DNA from: Selaginella moellendorffii
Lineage: Eukaryota; Plantae; Lycopodiophyta
DNA: 64,000 nt
Assembly: GCF_000143415.4 (NCBI RefSeq)
Contig: NW_003314276.1
Span: 2,573,693 to 2,637,692 of the forward strand
Direction of reading: 5' to 3'
Part shown: positions 1 through 13,278 of the stretch, one piece after another
How the letters are laid out: every line of letters starts with the position of its first letter
Numbering within the stretch: the first letter of the stretch is position 1
Notes under the pieces: generated by a model
The model's database searches: none
Told to the model about the DNA's origin: nothing
What the model saw: the letters and a program-made list of their open reading frames with translations, nothing else
Made by a program: the position numbers and the translations under genes

Positions 1-619
1 ATGGATCTTTACAAGTAGCATAAAGAGAAAGAACTCAAAAACCTATTGAGAAGGATGAAGAGGTTTCTTCTTCATTTTTGAGATCACCCACCTCTTTTAT
101 TCTCTCAGAGTATTATTTCTGAAAGTTTTTTATGTTAGTATTTTGATCTTTGTCTTGGCTCTATTTCTTTAAAGGCTGTGATTCCCAATGACACTAATAT
201 AGTTACATGCTCAGATTTTCTTCTTTCTGGTGTGGGCGAAGGTGAACAGTAATGGGATTTATAGAATTCTAAGTCAAAAAAGATTCAATTTTTTGGATCT
301 CTAGTCAAAGTGCCAAAATGCATTCCATCCAAAGTAAATGTGAAGCAAGAGTTAATTATTATCCTCTCATCCTCTTTCAGTTTAAGTGGAGAAGTCATGC
401 TAGTATCGGTGTTGAATTCACCAACTCCAGCTCTAGCTTCAGCTTCAACAATATTCAAAGCTACTAGCAATGTTTTTCAGTTTTTACGCCTCTCAATTGA
501 TGTGCACTTGTTTTTGTATAGCCTCATGAGCGAGCTTCCATCCTCGTACAACGATAATAACCTTGTTTTCTTCGAGCTACCACCTCTTGTTAGCAACACA
601 GGTTCCAAATGAAAGGGGA

Positions 620-2427
620 TGGAAACTAAGCAGAATATCCATAATTGGTGCAAGATCAAAATCGCACACTTTCAACATTTGGAAGGCATAATGTCTATAG
701 ATCATTGTGGTGGGCATTTAGATTGTGTGGATGAAGCATGCAATTAAGACTATTGTAGAATATTTTTCGAAGGGTCTACAGTCAATCCTCTAACTTGTGA
801 TACCATTCCTATTGGATTTAAGTGTTGATTTTGCAAAAACACTCCTCTATATCATGATATCTAGGAGGCCAAGATGTACTACTTTCTTCCACAAGATGGA
901 GTGGCTGGAAGAGTTATAGTGCATGTTAGCATACATATGCATCCAATGTAGGAAGGGATACAATGGAGTTCTCTCAACTGTTTCAAAGATGCTGTGTAGG
1001 AAGAGAGTATAAGAAACTCATTTGTAACTCCAAAGCATGCTCAAAAGACCGTCTTCAAGGATTTTATTGCAAACACCCTACTTAATCCGGCTTACCAAAA
1101 GACTCAACTAAACAAGGCTAGCTTGCGGGACTTACTATGAAGAGTACAACTTGCTAGTAGCCTAAGGAGGTACATTCGTTATATTTCATACATTATAATA
1201 ATATCTTTTTTTACATTATATTATTTAGGATAAAATCTTGGATGTGTGAATCTTGAGAGGGGAAGTTGTAATAAAAAATTGACTCCATCCTTGAATTGAA
1301 ATGGACCTGTCCATATAAGTTTATATATGAAAGTTTATTTTCAGACTAAGTTGTGAATGAGCAAGAGTGCCCCTTTGTTTTCAAAATGTTTACCATATGC
1401 CTTGCTTATAGTGTAAATCTTGTCTCCCAAATGAATATATTTGGGTCTAGTGACCTTGCAAATGCATGGGTACATTTTAACCATATGGAGTGTATATCAA
1501 GTTGGACAACTATGAGAGCTCATGTGTATGATCCAAGGTAATATTTATTCTTATTATATTGAAGTTGTTGTAATATTTGTGTTTTTATAGACTATATTGT
1601 AACTTGACAATTGTGACAATAGAGTTTAAAGTACAAGACTAGACAACCCAGGAAATATTTTGGAAGTCCCTCTCCGATATTGTCTTAAAGCGGACTGGTA
1701 ATCCTACAAACTTTCGCAGTTTCATGGCAAATGGGGCTAATGCAAATTGGAATGGTGTCCAAGTAATTTTTGGGAATGGTTAGGCATTGGAAGGTTGTGA
1801 GAGGACTTGTAAGTTCCATTGGGCTCAAAACCTAAACTAGCACTACCACTTTATCAAGCCAGAGTTTCAATCAATGTTTAAGGAGTTGTGCAAACAATGT
1901 CAAGTTGCACCTTTTGAAGAAGAGTATAAGGCAAAAGCAAATGAGATCCAAATGTGGTGGCATGAAGATGGCCATACGGATGTAAGCTGTTTATCACAAC
2001 TTGAGTCGTTGTTAGGGTGGTGGGAAGTTAAGATGTTCCAGTAGGGACATCACTCTTTTCAGGTTGGTTTCTATTTTTTCTTCTCATTTTATTGCCTCTT
2101 AATATTGCTTTTTCCATTAGGATCAACCACTTGAGAACCTCACATACACCCCAATTGTGAATCTCTCTGAAAGTAAGCACTTGAGTCGACGTTCCTCTGA
2201 GGCAGGGAAAGGGAAGATGAGTCTATATGAAGCTTGTTTATCAAATTTGATATGTGCTATAGAGCAATCTTCAAAAGTGTTGGCATTCAAGGAAGGAAAA
2301 TACATAGGAATAGAGCCTTCTGTGAGATGTTACATGATAGGATGAAGAAAAAATTAACTCCACCCGCCCGAATAATGGCAAATGTAGTTGAGAAAATGGT
2401 CCATGACACATCTATGGAGTACACTCC
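620..2427 (+). mobile_element. Degenerate spliced MULE (Mutator-like) transposase, 5' part
   Basis: Fragments WTTMRAHVYDP, FMANGANANWNGVQVIFGNG, ERTCKFHW (CxxH motif) and NLSESKH (third acidic residue context), with stops and GT-AG introns. It is cut at 2427 by the LTR element. The 5' boundary is approximate. Confidence 0.6.
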
Positions 2428-2830
2428 TAGAGAGGTACATGCATTTTGCATCGTGATTTTTGCACAAAGGCATTTCCTGAGTTAGGAATTGAGATTAGGA
2501 TTTCTCCCGGTCTAAATTCTTGACTTGGATGACTAGGCATGTAGTGGTTATATAGGCTGGTGATAGCACGCCAGACATATCCCCTTTCTGTCTTTTATAT
2601 CCTTGGCTATAATAACATACACTCCACTTGCTCAACATCTACTCTTCTCTTCCATGCCTATCTTACTCATTGCCTTCTGGGGATCAAGGCTATGAGATGT
2701 GCATCAATCTCAGCATTAACATCTTTGCAACAACACATGGCTAAGTATTTCTTTCCTTTTTATGTTTGGATCTAGTTTAGATTAGAAAGGATTCACAAGA
2801 TCATTGTAGAGGTGATTTTGTAATTATCCA
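2428..2830 (+). repeat. 5' LTR (403 bp)
   Basis: TAGAGAGG...ATTATCCA. By eye it has 13 substitutions versus the 3' LTR (about 97% identity), 11 of them transitions. Confidence 0.95.
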
Positions 2831-2833
2831 CTT

Positions 2834-2850
2834 TGGCGACCACGGTGGGA
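2834..2850 (+). promoter_or_regulatory. Primer binding site, tRNA-Arg type
   Basis: TGGCGACCACGGTGGGA lies 3 nt after the LTR and is complementary to the recalled 3' end of plant tRNA-Arg(UCG) with about one mismatch. Confidence 0.75.
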
Positions 2851-3802
2851 TAGGCGAAGTGAAGAGCACCCAAAGAACAAATACTGGAAGCCTTAGCCAC
2901 AACTAAAATAAGAAGCCAAAGTCACGAATCAAGGGAAAAGTCAAAAAGAGACAAAAATCTACAGCAAGAAGCATGGCAAACATGCTAGAGACCAAGCGCT
3001 TGAAGACTACGATTATCTAATGATCGCCCACTTCTTAGAAAGTCCAAGCATCTTCCATAACTGCCTCTTGGCGAGAGGTTGACGACGAAGAATATTCTGT
3101 GCATCAGAATATTTGAAGAATCTCCGATAAGAAATCAGAGCAAGCAAGTGTTAACGAGCATGAAAACATGAAGAACACTTGAAGATTGAAGCCACCCAAG
3201 TCGTGAAAGACTTGGAGTGTGAGCGAAATTGTTTAGCGAGAGGTTGAAGAAAACAAATATTTCAAGAATCAACGACAAGGAAACGACCAAAGAAAAATTC
3301 TAGTGGCTAGCGATGGAGGAAAAATGAAAAAAACACGACTGCCCATTTGGAGATACAAGTTGTACAAGATATGAGGATTGCCTTTTGTGTGGTTTCAGAA
3401 ATTGTGCAAAACCATACAAGCAATGCTATCCAAAATGGCGATGTAACACTTGCAAGCAAGTGAAAAAAAGACTCTGAATCAGGGATGAAAGTGCTACAAT
3501 AGAAGAGAGAAAGAAATGGGAAGAAATAGCCCAAGAAGATGACACTAAAAAGAGTAACGATAGTTTAGAAAAAGAAGAGAAACAAAGCTTTGGTTGCTTT
3601 CAAAAACTTCAAGAAACACTTTTGCGACTCTTTTACAAATTGTCTAGCAAATAGGAATGAAGAAATGTTGAAAGAAAAACATGTTTACTTCGATTTCTTT
3701 ACAACTCAAAGAACCCTGACTTGGGTGTATTGTGGACACATCTTTCAATAGACAATTATCGAATTCCTAGGCATATATAAACGTGAAACTTTTCAACCAT
3801 TA

Positions 3803-4453
3803 ATGCTTGTTTTCAACACTGATTTGACGAGAGTTATAGCAGCAACAGAGTGTGGAACCATTGAACCACAAGTTCGTTGGTTTGTTGACACACTTAGATT
3901 TAAGGATTTTGAAGAGAATGCAAAATTACTTTATCAACTTCTTCAAAGCCCTCTGAGTGTAACGCTACCAACAAGCACTCTTAACAAACTATACACTATA
4001 GCATATTGGCATTGTTTAGGACGGACAAGAATAGCTGGAGAATTAAGGAATCAAGAACAAGGCAATCAACAAATTCGAATTGAGAATTTGAGTTCAAGAA
4101 ACCGACAGGAACCTGAACTTGTGACAAGCTCAAGAGAACATCTTGGAAGCTCAAGGATTACAAATCGAAGAAGGAGAAATTTAAGAAGGAATCACAATGG
4201 GCCAAGATTAAATATAGTAACAAATTTCAACTTTGACACTAAGGTCCAACGTCGAAACCCCAGCTTAGAAATATACATCACTTGCAACCAACAAGGAAGA
4301 GTGCGTATAAGAAATTTCAACATTTTAAGGAGTATTTTAAGAGATCCTGTGTCAAGATTACAAACTTACAATGCAAGAATATTAATTGAGACTATACCTT
4401 GGGAAGTTCGTGAAGCGATAGACTCTGATCGTGGAAGAGAACGTGCTATATGA
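3803..4453 (+). CDS. Extra ORF upstream of gag within the LTR element, unknown function
   Basis: 216-aa open frame lying between the PBS and gag. The frame appears to continue past the TGA to about 4800 with further stops. Confidence 0.45.
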   Translation: MLVFNTDLTRVIAATECGTIEPQVRWFVDTLRFKDFEENAKLLYQLLQSPLSVTLPTSTLNKLYTIAYWHCLGRTRIAGELRNQEQGNQQIRIENLSSRNRQEPELVTSSREHLGSSRITNRRRRNLRRNHNGPRLNIVTNFNFDTKVQRRNPSLEIYITCNQQGRVRIRNFNILRSILRDPVSRLQTYNARILIETIPWEVREAIDSDRGRERAI

Positions 4454-5479
4454 CAGAGGGAAGTAGAACAAGACCGGCAAGAATGGCCTCAGGGAAATGC
4501 ACCATCACGAAATCGACCATAGAGAAAAATGCATTGGATAGATTTGTGCACACATAGGCTTACAGCAACAAGAATTAGGGTATTAAAAATACCATTGTTG
4601 TATTTAGCATCTTCAAATCTTACCAACGACTGGGAAACATAATAGCTCTTAGTGAGAGCTCGCATTCCAAAACAACCAACACACTGTAAGAGATTAAAAC
4701 AATTATTCAAGATTGGACTACTAGAGAGAATTGCAAACATTTGCATACCTGCTTGATCCCAAAGTTGGCAGGCATTATCCAAAATTTACCAGCGAACAGC
4801 TAAATCAATCAATTTATGACAAAATAGACCTCCTTCCAACAAACAAAAATAGTGCATACTTACACCATCTGATTTTTCAAATACAAGACCTTTCCTAAGC
4901 TAGACTCAAGAAAGTGACCTCGAGAAGAAACTCGGGAAGAATCGAGAAAGAAAGAAAAACTCGATTGAAGACTCAAGACACAAGAGCTTGACTTCGTATC
5001 TATACAAAAAAACTAAACTTACAGAAGACTCAAGACGTAAGAGCTTGACTTTGCAATCTATGAAGAACAACAATTGACTCAAGACAATTTAGGCGAAACA
5101 CAACTTCAGGAAACTTACCTCAACATTCAAGTTGAGAAGATTTAGCAAACTGAATGTACAAATAGAAACCAGACCTAATCAAGATCCGGGAAAGAGATCT
5201 TTGACAAAAGAATTGAGAAGTGAAAAAGGAAGAAGTAGAAAAAGAGAAATTAGAACAACAACAGCAACAAATTTTAGAAATGATTTTAAACAAGTACGAC
5301 AAAGAGGATAAACAAAATCAAGTTACTGAGTCAAGCAACCCAGTTAAAGATAACAAAGAACTAAATATCAAAAACGCCCCAGAGTTTGAGGCATTTGAAG
5401 AAGCAAAATACACAACACCAGATTACTCAAATCCGGACTCACCAGAACAACAACTCAACCAACACAGTCTACAACCACC

Positions 5480-8400
5480 TATGGCAATCATAATCCAATG
5501 AGTACAATTGGAAGCATGGTTACATATCCAATTTTCACAGGAAGTAAGTCAGAAGATTCAGAATTACATGTAAAGCAATTTAACCAGATTGTTAAAATGA
5601 ACAATCAAGAACAGCATCAAGCCATACTTTTCTCATACACACTTAAAGGAAAAGCTCTTAAGTGGTATCATACACTAGAAGATTCTGTACAAGGAACAAT
5701 TCCCAGCTGGAGGAACACCAAAGGAGCATTATGAGCACATTAAGAATATAAAACAGCGACCAAGACTATACTAGACGATTCAAATTACATGCAAAGAAAT
5801 GTAAAGATCTCATCACCGACAAAGGCAAGAGTTTGTCTTATATACAAGGATTGCGAGAAGCCTATCGTAACATGATCGCATTGGCTGATACACCAGATGA
5901 AGAAAGTGTTGATTCATTGTCTCAAGGAATCTTAAAACTTGAGAAATGGTTTAGGCAGTTCACTAAAGGTGAATCTTCTCATGTTAATGATGACTCGGAT
6001 GATGAAGAGGAAGAAATACTAATGAGGACCAAAAAGAAACAGACACAGGGAAAAGACATTAGACATGTATTGAAGAAGTTAGCTTCAATGGAACTTAAAC
6101 AAGGAGTCTTTTGTACAAAATGCAAAAATGAAGGACATTCTATTTCAGACTATAAATTCCATTTACCCAAATGTCAGATTTGTGATAGAGAAGGACAGAT
6201 AGCCAAGAATTGTCAGTATAGGAATACCACTGAAGTTTCAAGAGTGGAAAATGTTCAATGAGGAACACCACGACAAAATTATTAAGGAAACAACACTCAA
6301 GAACAAAGACCACCAAGAAACTATTATTATCAAGATAATCAAAAATATAATCAAGGATATAATCATGGATATAATCCCCCACAAAATCAAAACTATAATC
6401 AATAACAAAATGATTATAGAAGCAATTACAACCAACAACGATACAATGGACACCAGAACAAATATTAACGTCCACAATGAAACAACTACAACCAAAGCCA
6501 ACAAGGGCAATATAACAATTACAACAATCAAGCATCGCAACAGCATTATCAACCAAGACAAAATCAACCACAAGAAAATCAAATTCGACAACAATACAAT
6601 CCACAAAACCAAAGAGTCAATCAAGCTCCTGCTGGAAGACCACCAGCAGCACGAGTAGTTCAAGTAGAAGTTGAAGAACAACTAATGACTGAAGAACCAA
6701 AAGTTTTGGCAATCACTAGAACACAATATGAATGTCAACAACCTAATAATTATGAAGAACAAGATGAAAGTGATCACGCAATAGAAATCGAGAATACCGA
6801 GTGGAAAAAGAGTAAGAAAATACTTAACACCATTCAACAAGAGCTTCAAAAAAAAGATCCCGAAATTATTAATGATCAAATATACAATCAAGACGACCAA
6901 ACTCAAGTATTAAGCTTTACTCAAGATGAGCATACAACTATTGCCGAGCACATACTACAGTAGGGAATTACTTTAACTCTACAACAAATACTGCAAATAG
7001 CACCATATATGAAAGACCAAATCTTGAAGATCTGTAATTGAAGGATCTCTGAAGCTCGCACACAAGAAAAACACCAATCTCAACCAACATAACAAGAACA
7101 AGCTGACAGAATCCAACCTGGTGATTATGATGATAATGTACCTTGTATCAACGGACACATCGGCAAAAATCATATTGAAAGAGCTATCCTTGATGGAGGA
7201 TCTAGGGTTAATATCATCGAATATGCACTATGCAAAGCTTTAGGATTGGGCAATATACAAGCTGCACTATTCAATGTATGCATGGCTGATCAAAGAGTTG
7301 TTAGACCAGCAGGCATCATTCGTGATGTCTCTATGACAGTCAAAGGACATAAATTTAAAGTTAACTTTGTTGTGTTAAAGATGCCGATTGAAGAATCTTC
7401 TTACGAAATCTTGTTAGACAGACCTTGGCTTAACAAAGTTGTTTTTGCTTAGTATTGGATGGAACATGAGATATGTATCCAATCCCAACAAGGACAAACT
7501 AAAATATCAACATTGACAAGCAAGAAAATCTCAAGAAGTTTTCGACCAACACAAGTTCAAGAATACAATTGGCAAGAAGGCTTAGACGATCTTGAAGAAG
7601 CTAAATTATTTGAAGCATATCCTAAACTTAAGGCAATTCAAGAAATTGACCTCAACAGGATACTCCTTATAACCAAGTGTCAAGACTATGAAGATTCAAA
7701 ACAACCTAATTTAAAGAAGAAACATACAACAAAAACCACTGTACAAAAAGCAAGACCAACGATACAACCCAAACAACTACAAACTACGGAATATCACCTA
7801 GATATACAAGATGAACTAGCACTTACCACTGAAAATCAAGAATTCAAACTTTACGTAAATATCAATGAAGAGATTGAAGAATTAAATCTAGGGGTTCCCT
7901 TAAACCCACAAAACATCTTAATAGCTACACAACTCGACAAACCATTTAAACTTGAGGCTACTATGCTCCTTACTAAGTATAAAGATGTCTTTGCGTGGTT
8001 ATATAAAGACCTCAAGGGTATACCAACTGATTATGTACACATCGAATCGAATTACTTCTAGGAGTTCGACCCATCAAACAAACTGTTTACTGGATGAATC
8101 CAACATTTGCTGAGAAAGTAAAAGCTGAAATTAACAAGCTCCTTGAAGCAGGATTCATATATCCAATACAAAATGCCCAATGGCTATCACTTTTAGTCAT
8201 TGTACCCAAGAAAAATGGGAAATTACGCATCTGTGTAAACTACAAGTTAAATGATGCCATAACGAAAGATGCCTTTCTCATCCCATTTTCAGATGAAATA
8301 CTTGATGCCGTTGCCAGACATGAGATGTACTCATTTCCTGACAATTTTTCAGGCTACAATCAAGTACATATAGCTGTCGAGGATCAACATAAAACAGCTT

Positions 8401-10184
8401 TCATAAGTCCATGAGGAGCATACGCATACATGCGAATGCCATTTGGATTAACCAATGCCCCATTTACATTTCAACGGATCATTACCGATACCTTCCAAGA
8501 TTATCTCACAGATTTCATGCAAGTCTTTATGGATGACTTTAGTGTCTTTGGACCTAAAGACAAACATCTTGACTACCTCGAGAAATGTTTTATCAAATGC
8601 AGACAAAACCAAGTTGCTCTGAATCCTGAAAAATGTACTTTCTTTGTTAAATCGGGAATACTCCTTGGCCACATTGTTTCCACTCAAGGCATTCAAATCG
8701 ATAAAGCTAAAACTGACATCATTATGAAAATGCAACCACCTCATGATCTTAAAAGCTTGCGCAGTTTTCTGGGCAAGATGGGTTACCATAGAAGATTTAT
8801 CAAGGACTATGCCCAAGTCACTACACCATTAACTGAGTTACTTAAGAAAGACAAATTCTATCACTGGACTCAAGAATGTCAGCAAGCATTCTTGGTACTC
8901 AAAGAAAAACTTACACAGGCACCAATTCTGGTCCAACCAAATTGGACTCAAGAATTTCTCGTACAAGTTGATGCTTTTGCATATGCACTAGGAGCAATTC
9001 TGTGCCAAAGAAAAGATGATCATCATGATCACCCAATATATTATGCAAGTTGATGACTTTCCCCACCTGAAATGAATTATACAATCACAGAAAAAGAAGC
9101 CTTAGGCATGATATATGCCTTGACCAAATTTCGACATTATTTACTTTCCAACAAAGTCAAAATATTCATTGATCATCAAACATTGATTCATCTACTCAAC
9201 AAACCCATCCTTAGCAGACGAATAGCAAGATGGTTTTTGTTATTACAAGAATTCAATTTCGAAATAGTTCACAAACTAGGCCAATACCATGAACAAGCTG
9301 ATCATCTCAATAGAATTACAACCGGAGAAAATATACAAGACCCCAATGATGACTTACCTAATTCACATCTTTTTAAGATTACCACCCACGATACACTTCA
9401 AGAAATCTTTAATTATTTCACAACTACAAAGGTTCCCAAATCATGTACCACGCAAGATCAAAAGAAACAATTCGTCTTGAGGACACAACAATACTCAGTC
9501 ATCAGAGGAAGACTCTATAGAATTGGACATGGTAATATATTAAGAAGATGTGTACATTCGCAAGAAGAGATACATATGTTACTAGAAGAAGCCCATGCCA
9601 GTTGCTCTGGAGGGCATTTTGCAGAAGAAATTATGGCAAGGAAAATATTGCAAGCAGGCCTATGGTGGCCTACATTATGGAAAGACACTTCACAGTTTTG
9701 TCAAACTTGTGATATTTGTCAGCGTACACAATTTCCACCCAAGAAACAAACACAAGAACTGAATCCAACTATAGCAATGGAACCTTTCCAAAGATGGGGC
9801 CTAGATTTTGTAGGACCCATACAAAAGAGCAGAAATGGGAATCAATATATTTTGGTAGCAACAGATTATATGACAAAATGGGCAGAAGCCCAACCACTCA
9901 AGAAAGTGACAACAAAGAATACAGCAAAATTTCTTTATGAAACGATTATCACAAGATATGGATTACCTCGAGAAATAGTAACGGATAGAGGAACACATTT
10001 CCTCAATGAAACAATCAAGATTTTACTTCATCTTCATCAAACATAAGAAATCTACACCATATTATCCACAAGGCAACGGCCAAGCCGAATCCACAAACAA
10101 AACACAAGAATATATTGAAGAAAATAGTGCAAACCAATCTTAAAGATTGGGATAATAGAGTCTATGATGCTCTTTGGGCTTATA
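5480..10184 (+). pseudogene. gag-pol polyprotein (Gag, 2x zinc knuckle, protease, RT, RNase H, integrase), disrupted
   Basis: Gag LKGKALKWY; knuckles CTKCKNEGH and CQICDREG; protease ILDGGSRVN; RT MPFGLTNAP..FMDDF; RH VDAFAYALGA..TEKEAL; INT H..GGHF..CDIC..WGLDF..TDRGTHF. Several stops and frameshifts. Confidence 0.93.
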
Positions 10185-10990
10185 TGTTAGGCGCCAGCTT
10201 TGACTACGTAGTCAACATCGGTCAAAGGGAGGCTCAAGGGTATATTAAGGCATGTTAGGGTAAGGGACTTAACCTACCCTAGGGCTCACAGTGGAGCGGC
10301 GGCGCAGTGGAGCTTTTGAGGTAGCTCGGGGGTGGTTGGGTGGTGAGGAACCTCAAGAGGTGGCGTAGCATAGTCTTGGGCAACTAGATCTTTGTCTTTT
10401 TGCGCCGGATCATAACATTGGTATCAGAGCATTGGTTGCGATGGCCGACCAAGCTGAACGCTGGAATCCTATTGTCGATGGTGGTGCCGACGATGGTGCC
10501 GACGAAGCTGCGGAGATTTGGACCATTCAAGATGTGGTTCATGAGCTGCGAGCCCTTAATAAAAATCAGCAAGAGATGCAAGACGAGATGCATGGCATGA
10601 TGGATACCATGCGTGGGCGTGTTGAGGCACTCGAGGCTAGACGGGGTAGCGCTCCAAGTAAGCCTTCTTTGGTAGATCGACTCAAGATTCCAACCTTTTC
10701 CGGTGATGGTGGTGTGGACGAGTGTCTTGCTTGGCTAGCCAATGTGAAGAAGTTTTTGGCTGCTAGAGGAACTCCAGATGCAGAGGCTTTAGTGGCTATT
10801 CCGATGGTTTTGCGTGATGCGGGTCTTCGATGGTGGAATTGGCTTGAGGAGTCCCGTGTTGCGGATAAGAAACCACCAGTGTCTACCATGGATGAGTTTG
10901 AGGCTGCTTTCCGTTTACGTTTTGCCCCTAATTACAACGTGGAGAATGCTCGTACAGAACTTTGCCATTTCCAGCAAGGGAAAATGACGC
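10185..10990 (+). mobile_element. Nested, 3'-truncated LTR retrotransposon (233-bp 5' LTR + Met PBS + partial gag)
   Basis: LTR TGTTA...TAACA at 10185-10417, PBS TGGTATCAGAGC at 10419-10430, and gag ORF from 10432 (IPTFSGDG..WL..LRDAGLRWW..QGKMT). It interrupts the host integrase after DALWAY. Confidence 0.88.
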
Positions 10991-11390
10991 TCGGGCATTG
11001 TCCACAAAACAAGTCCATAACGATTACAAACAACTATACTCAAGAACACAATATGAACAAAACAAAACAGAGTTAGCCCTAACCCTGACGGTGAGGAAGC
11101 GCGCACTGGAACATCACAAGGGTAAGCTTGAGTGGCAAGCAAATCTTGAGATCACAAGAGTGCTAGAGAGTGATCGTCAGCTAGGCGCTTTCACCCATCT
11201 CAAACACGTGCATCAGATTCTAAGAAACACACCAATCGAGAGAAACAAGAAGAAAGCAAGTAGAAAAGAGAGTGCCCACGAAAGAAGAAAGAAGAGTGTG
11301 TTCACGAGAATAGAAAGAGCGCTCATATCTTTTCTTCTATTTGCATCACAGGTACAAGAGCATTCTCAACAGCACCGAAGAGTCGACACA

Positions 11391-13243
11391 ATGCGAACCA
11401 CAGAAACCATCATCCTTTCACAAAATCTTGAGTGGCAATTCAATGATGATGTCAAGCATTGAACTCGCACTCACGGACTTTTCAACTTTGCAGAACGAAT
11501 GGCAGGATATCTCATGGGTCAAGTGAGCAACAAGAAGGCTCACTTGATGGATCTCGCCACCGGCCAGGTTGAGCTTGAAGATTTGGAGGTGGCAGCAGCT
11601 CTATGTCTCCTAGACGAAGGCAAGCCAGTCTCTGCTCCATGCACACGGGCTTTAAGTCACGACATCATGAAAGATCTCGAGAGCTACAACTCGGCGCTTA
11701 GTTTGCAATTCTCCAATATCAAAGATGAGCTCTACAAAATATTCAAGTTCCTCGTTCTCAACCTGGAATTTCGGAAGACTGCCACGACAGTGAGCAGATC
11801 CGTGGCCTTCATTTATGATGATCTTCATGCTGGGAAGAAAGTGGATTTAGCAGGATATGTGATCCCGAAGTTTCGTAGAGAACTTAAGAAGGTGGCAGGA
11901 GAACTCAATGCGAAGAAATGTGTGAGGACACTGATACTACCGTATGTCCGAGCCATTGTCATGCATAGAAAACAAGCAATGGTGATCTACAGTTCACCAC
12001 CTCTGCCTCCACAGCATGAAGCCACAAAATGTTCAAAGTGCCAAGCTGAAGAACACTTGATGAATACTGAGAAGAAAAAGGTCCAGCAAAAGACAGTAGC
12101 AACTCCACGAAGAAAGACACGGGGACAAGGACGAAGAAACGTTGCGCCTCCACAGATTGATAGTGACGACAGTTATGTGCAAACAATCTAGCACACAGTG
12201 CCGAGACGACAACAACCAACGAGAACTTCTAGATCCAAAACAAAACAGCAGCAGAGTTTGGCACCTACACAGCCAGCTTGGAGCCTCTTAGCTCACCGCA
12301 GCCAGATTTGCCACCATCACCACCGCAGGAACTGGCACAATCTCTGTCTCCAGGTACAACAATTCCAGTGGATGATCACATTTTACTGACGCAGGATATT
12401 CTTGAAAATCCTGAGACGGTTACAAATCCACCATCCGTTGAGCAGGGGCACAACACTTTTTACGAACCACCCACAAAGCAGACTGCTGAGCAACACCAGC
12501 CTCAACAGCAGTCTCCACTGTTGCAGCCCATCGAGCAGTAGTCTCCACCATTGCAGCCTGTCGAGCAGCACCAACATTCATTGCCACAGTCTGCTGAGCA
12601 GCCATCTTCACCACACCAGCGTGCTGAGGAGCAGTCATCTTTGCCACAGCAGCCAACCAAGCTACAGCAGCCAGCTGAGCCGCACTAGACATTTGCTCCA
12701 GACACCATTGCCGACAACATGCAGCCGCCTCGTTCAACAATGCAACGCCAATTTCATCACGAGGGCGTTAACAACAAGCGCCACCACTACAATTTGGAGA
12801 AGCAGGAGCATCATCATTAGGACCAGCAGCAACCAAAAGTGATCCGTCCCATGCCTACAAACTTCTTGGAGCAGTACCATAACTCCAACATGGTGGTGTA
12901 CACGTGAGATGGCATGGAGAGCTTCTTCTGCAATGTTTTTGCACGCCCACATGAGGAGAAAATGGCGAGCATGGCTCAGGAACTCGATCAGGTAAAGGGA
13001 ATCCTTCGCACTATACAGGCTCATGGACTCCCAACACCAAACACCTGCCGAGAATCTTTTGAGTTAGCGCAGCAGTACCAACTCGAGAATGCCTGCCTCA
13101 CCAAAGAGAACATGGAGCTCAAGGCCCGACTACAGGTGCTCGAGACTGCCATAAAGAACTACACTCACGACGAGCTCGAGGACTTTGAGGAAGAACTAGA
13201 GGCTAACACCACAACTGCTACCACCACTACAATGGAAGCTTGA
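11391..13243 (+). pseudogene. Extra sense ORF between pol and 3' LTR (env-like position), disrupted
   Basis: Consecutive pieces 11391-12191, 12278-12541 and ~12542-13243 joined across stops/frameshifts: a globular N-terminus, a basic patch, a P/Q/H-rich linker and a C-terminal coiled coil with an acidic tail. Confidence 0.65.
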
Positions 13244-13278
13244 GCTGCAGGAGCTGCTCAACTCTAGTCGTTGGAGAG

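Noticed and set aside
6140-6681. Hydrophobic or Ile/Asn-rich ORFs (6140-6604 -, 6238-6681 -, 6251-6658 +)
   Set aside because: They are alternative-frame shadows of the low-complexity Q/N/Y gag segment.
10432-11076. 214-aa ORF as a complete gene
   Set aside because: It is chimeric: nested gag to ~10990, then read-through into unrelated host-element sequence.
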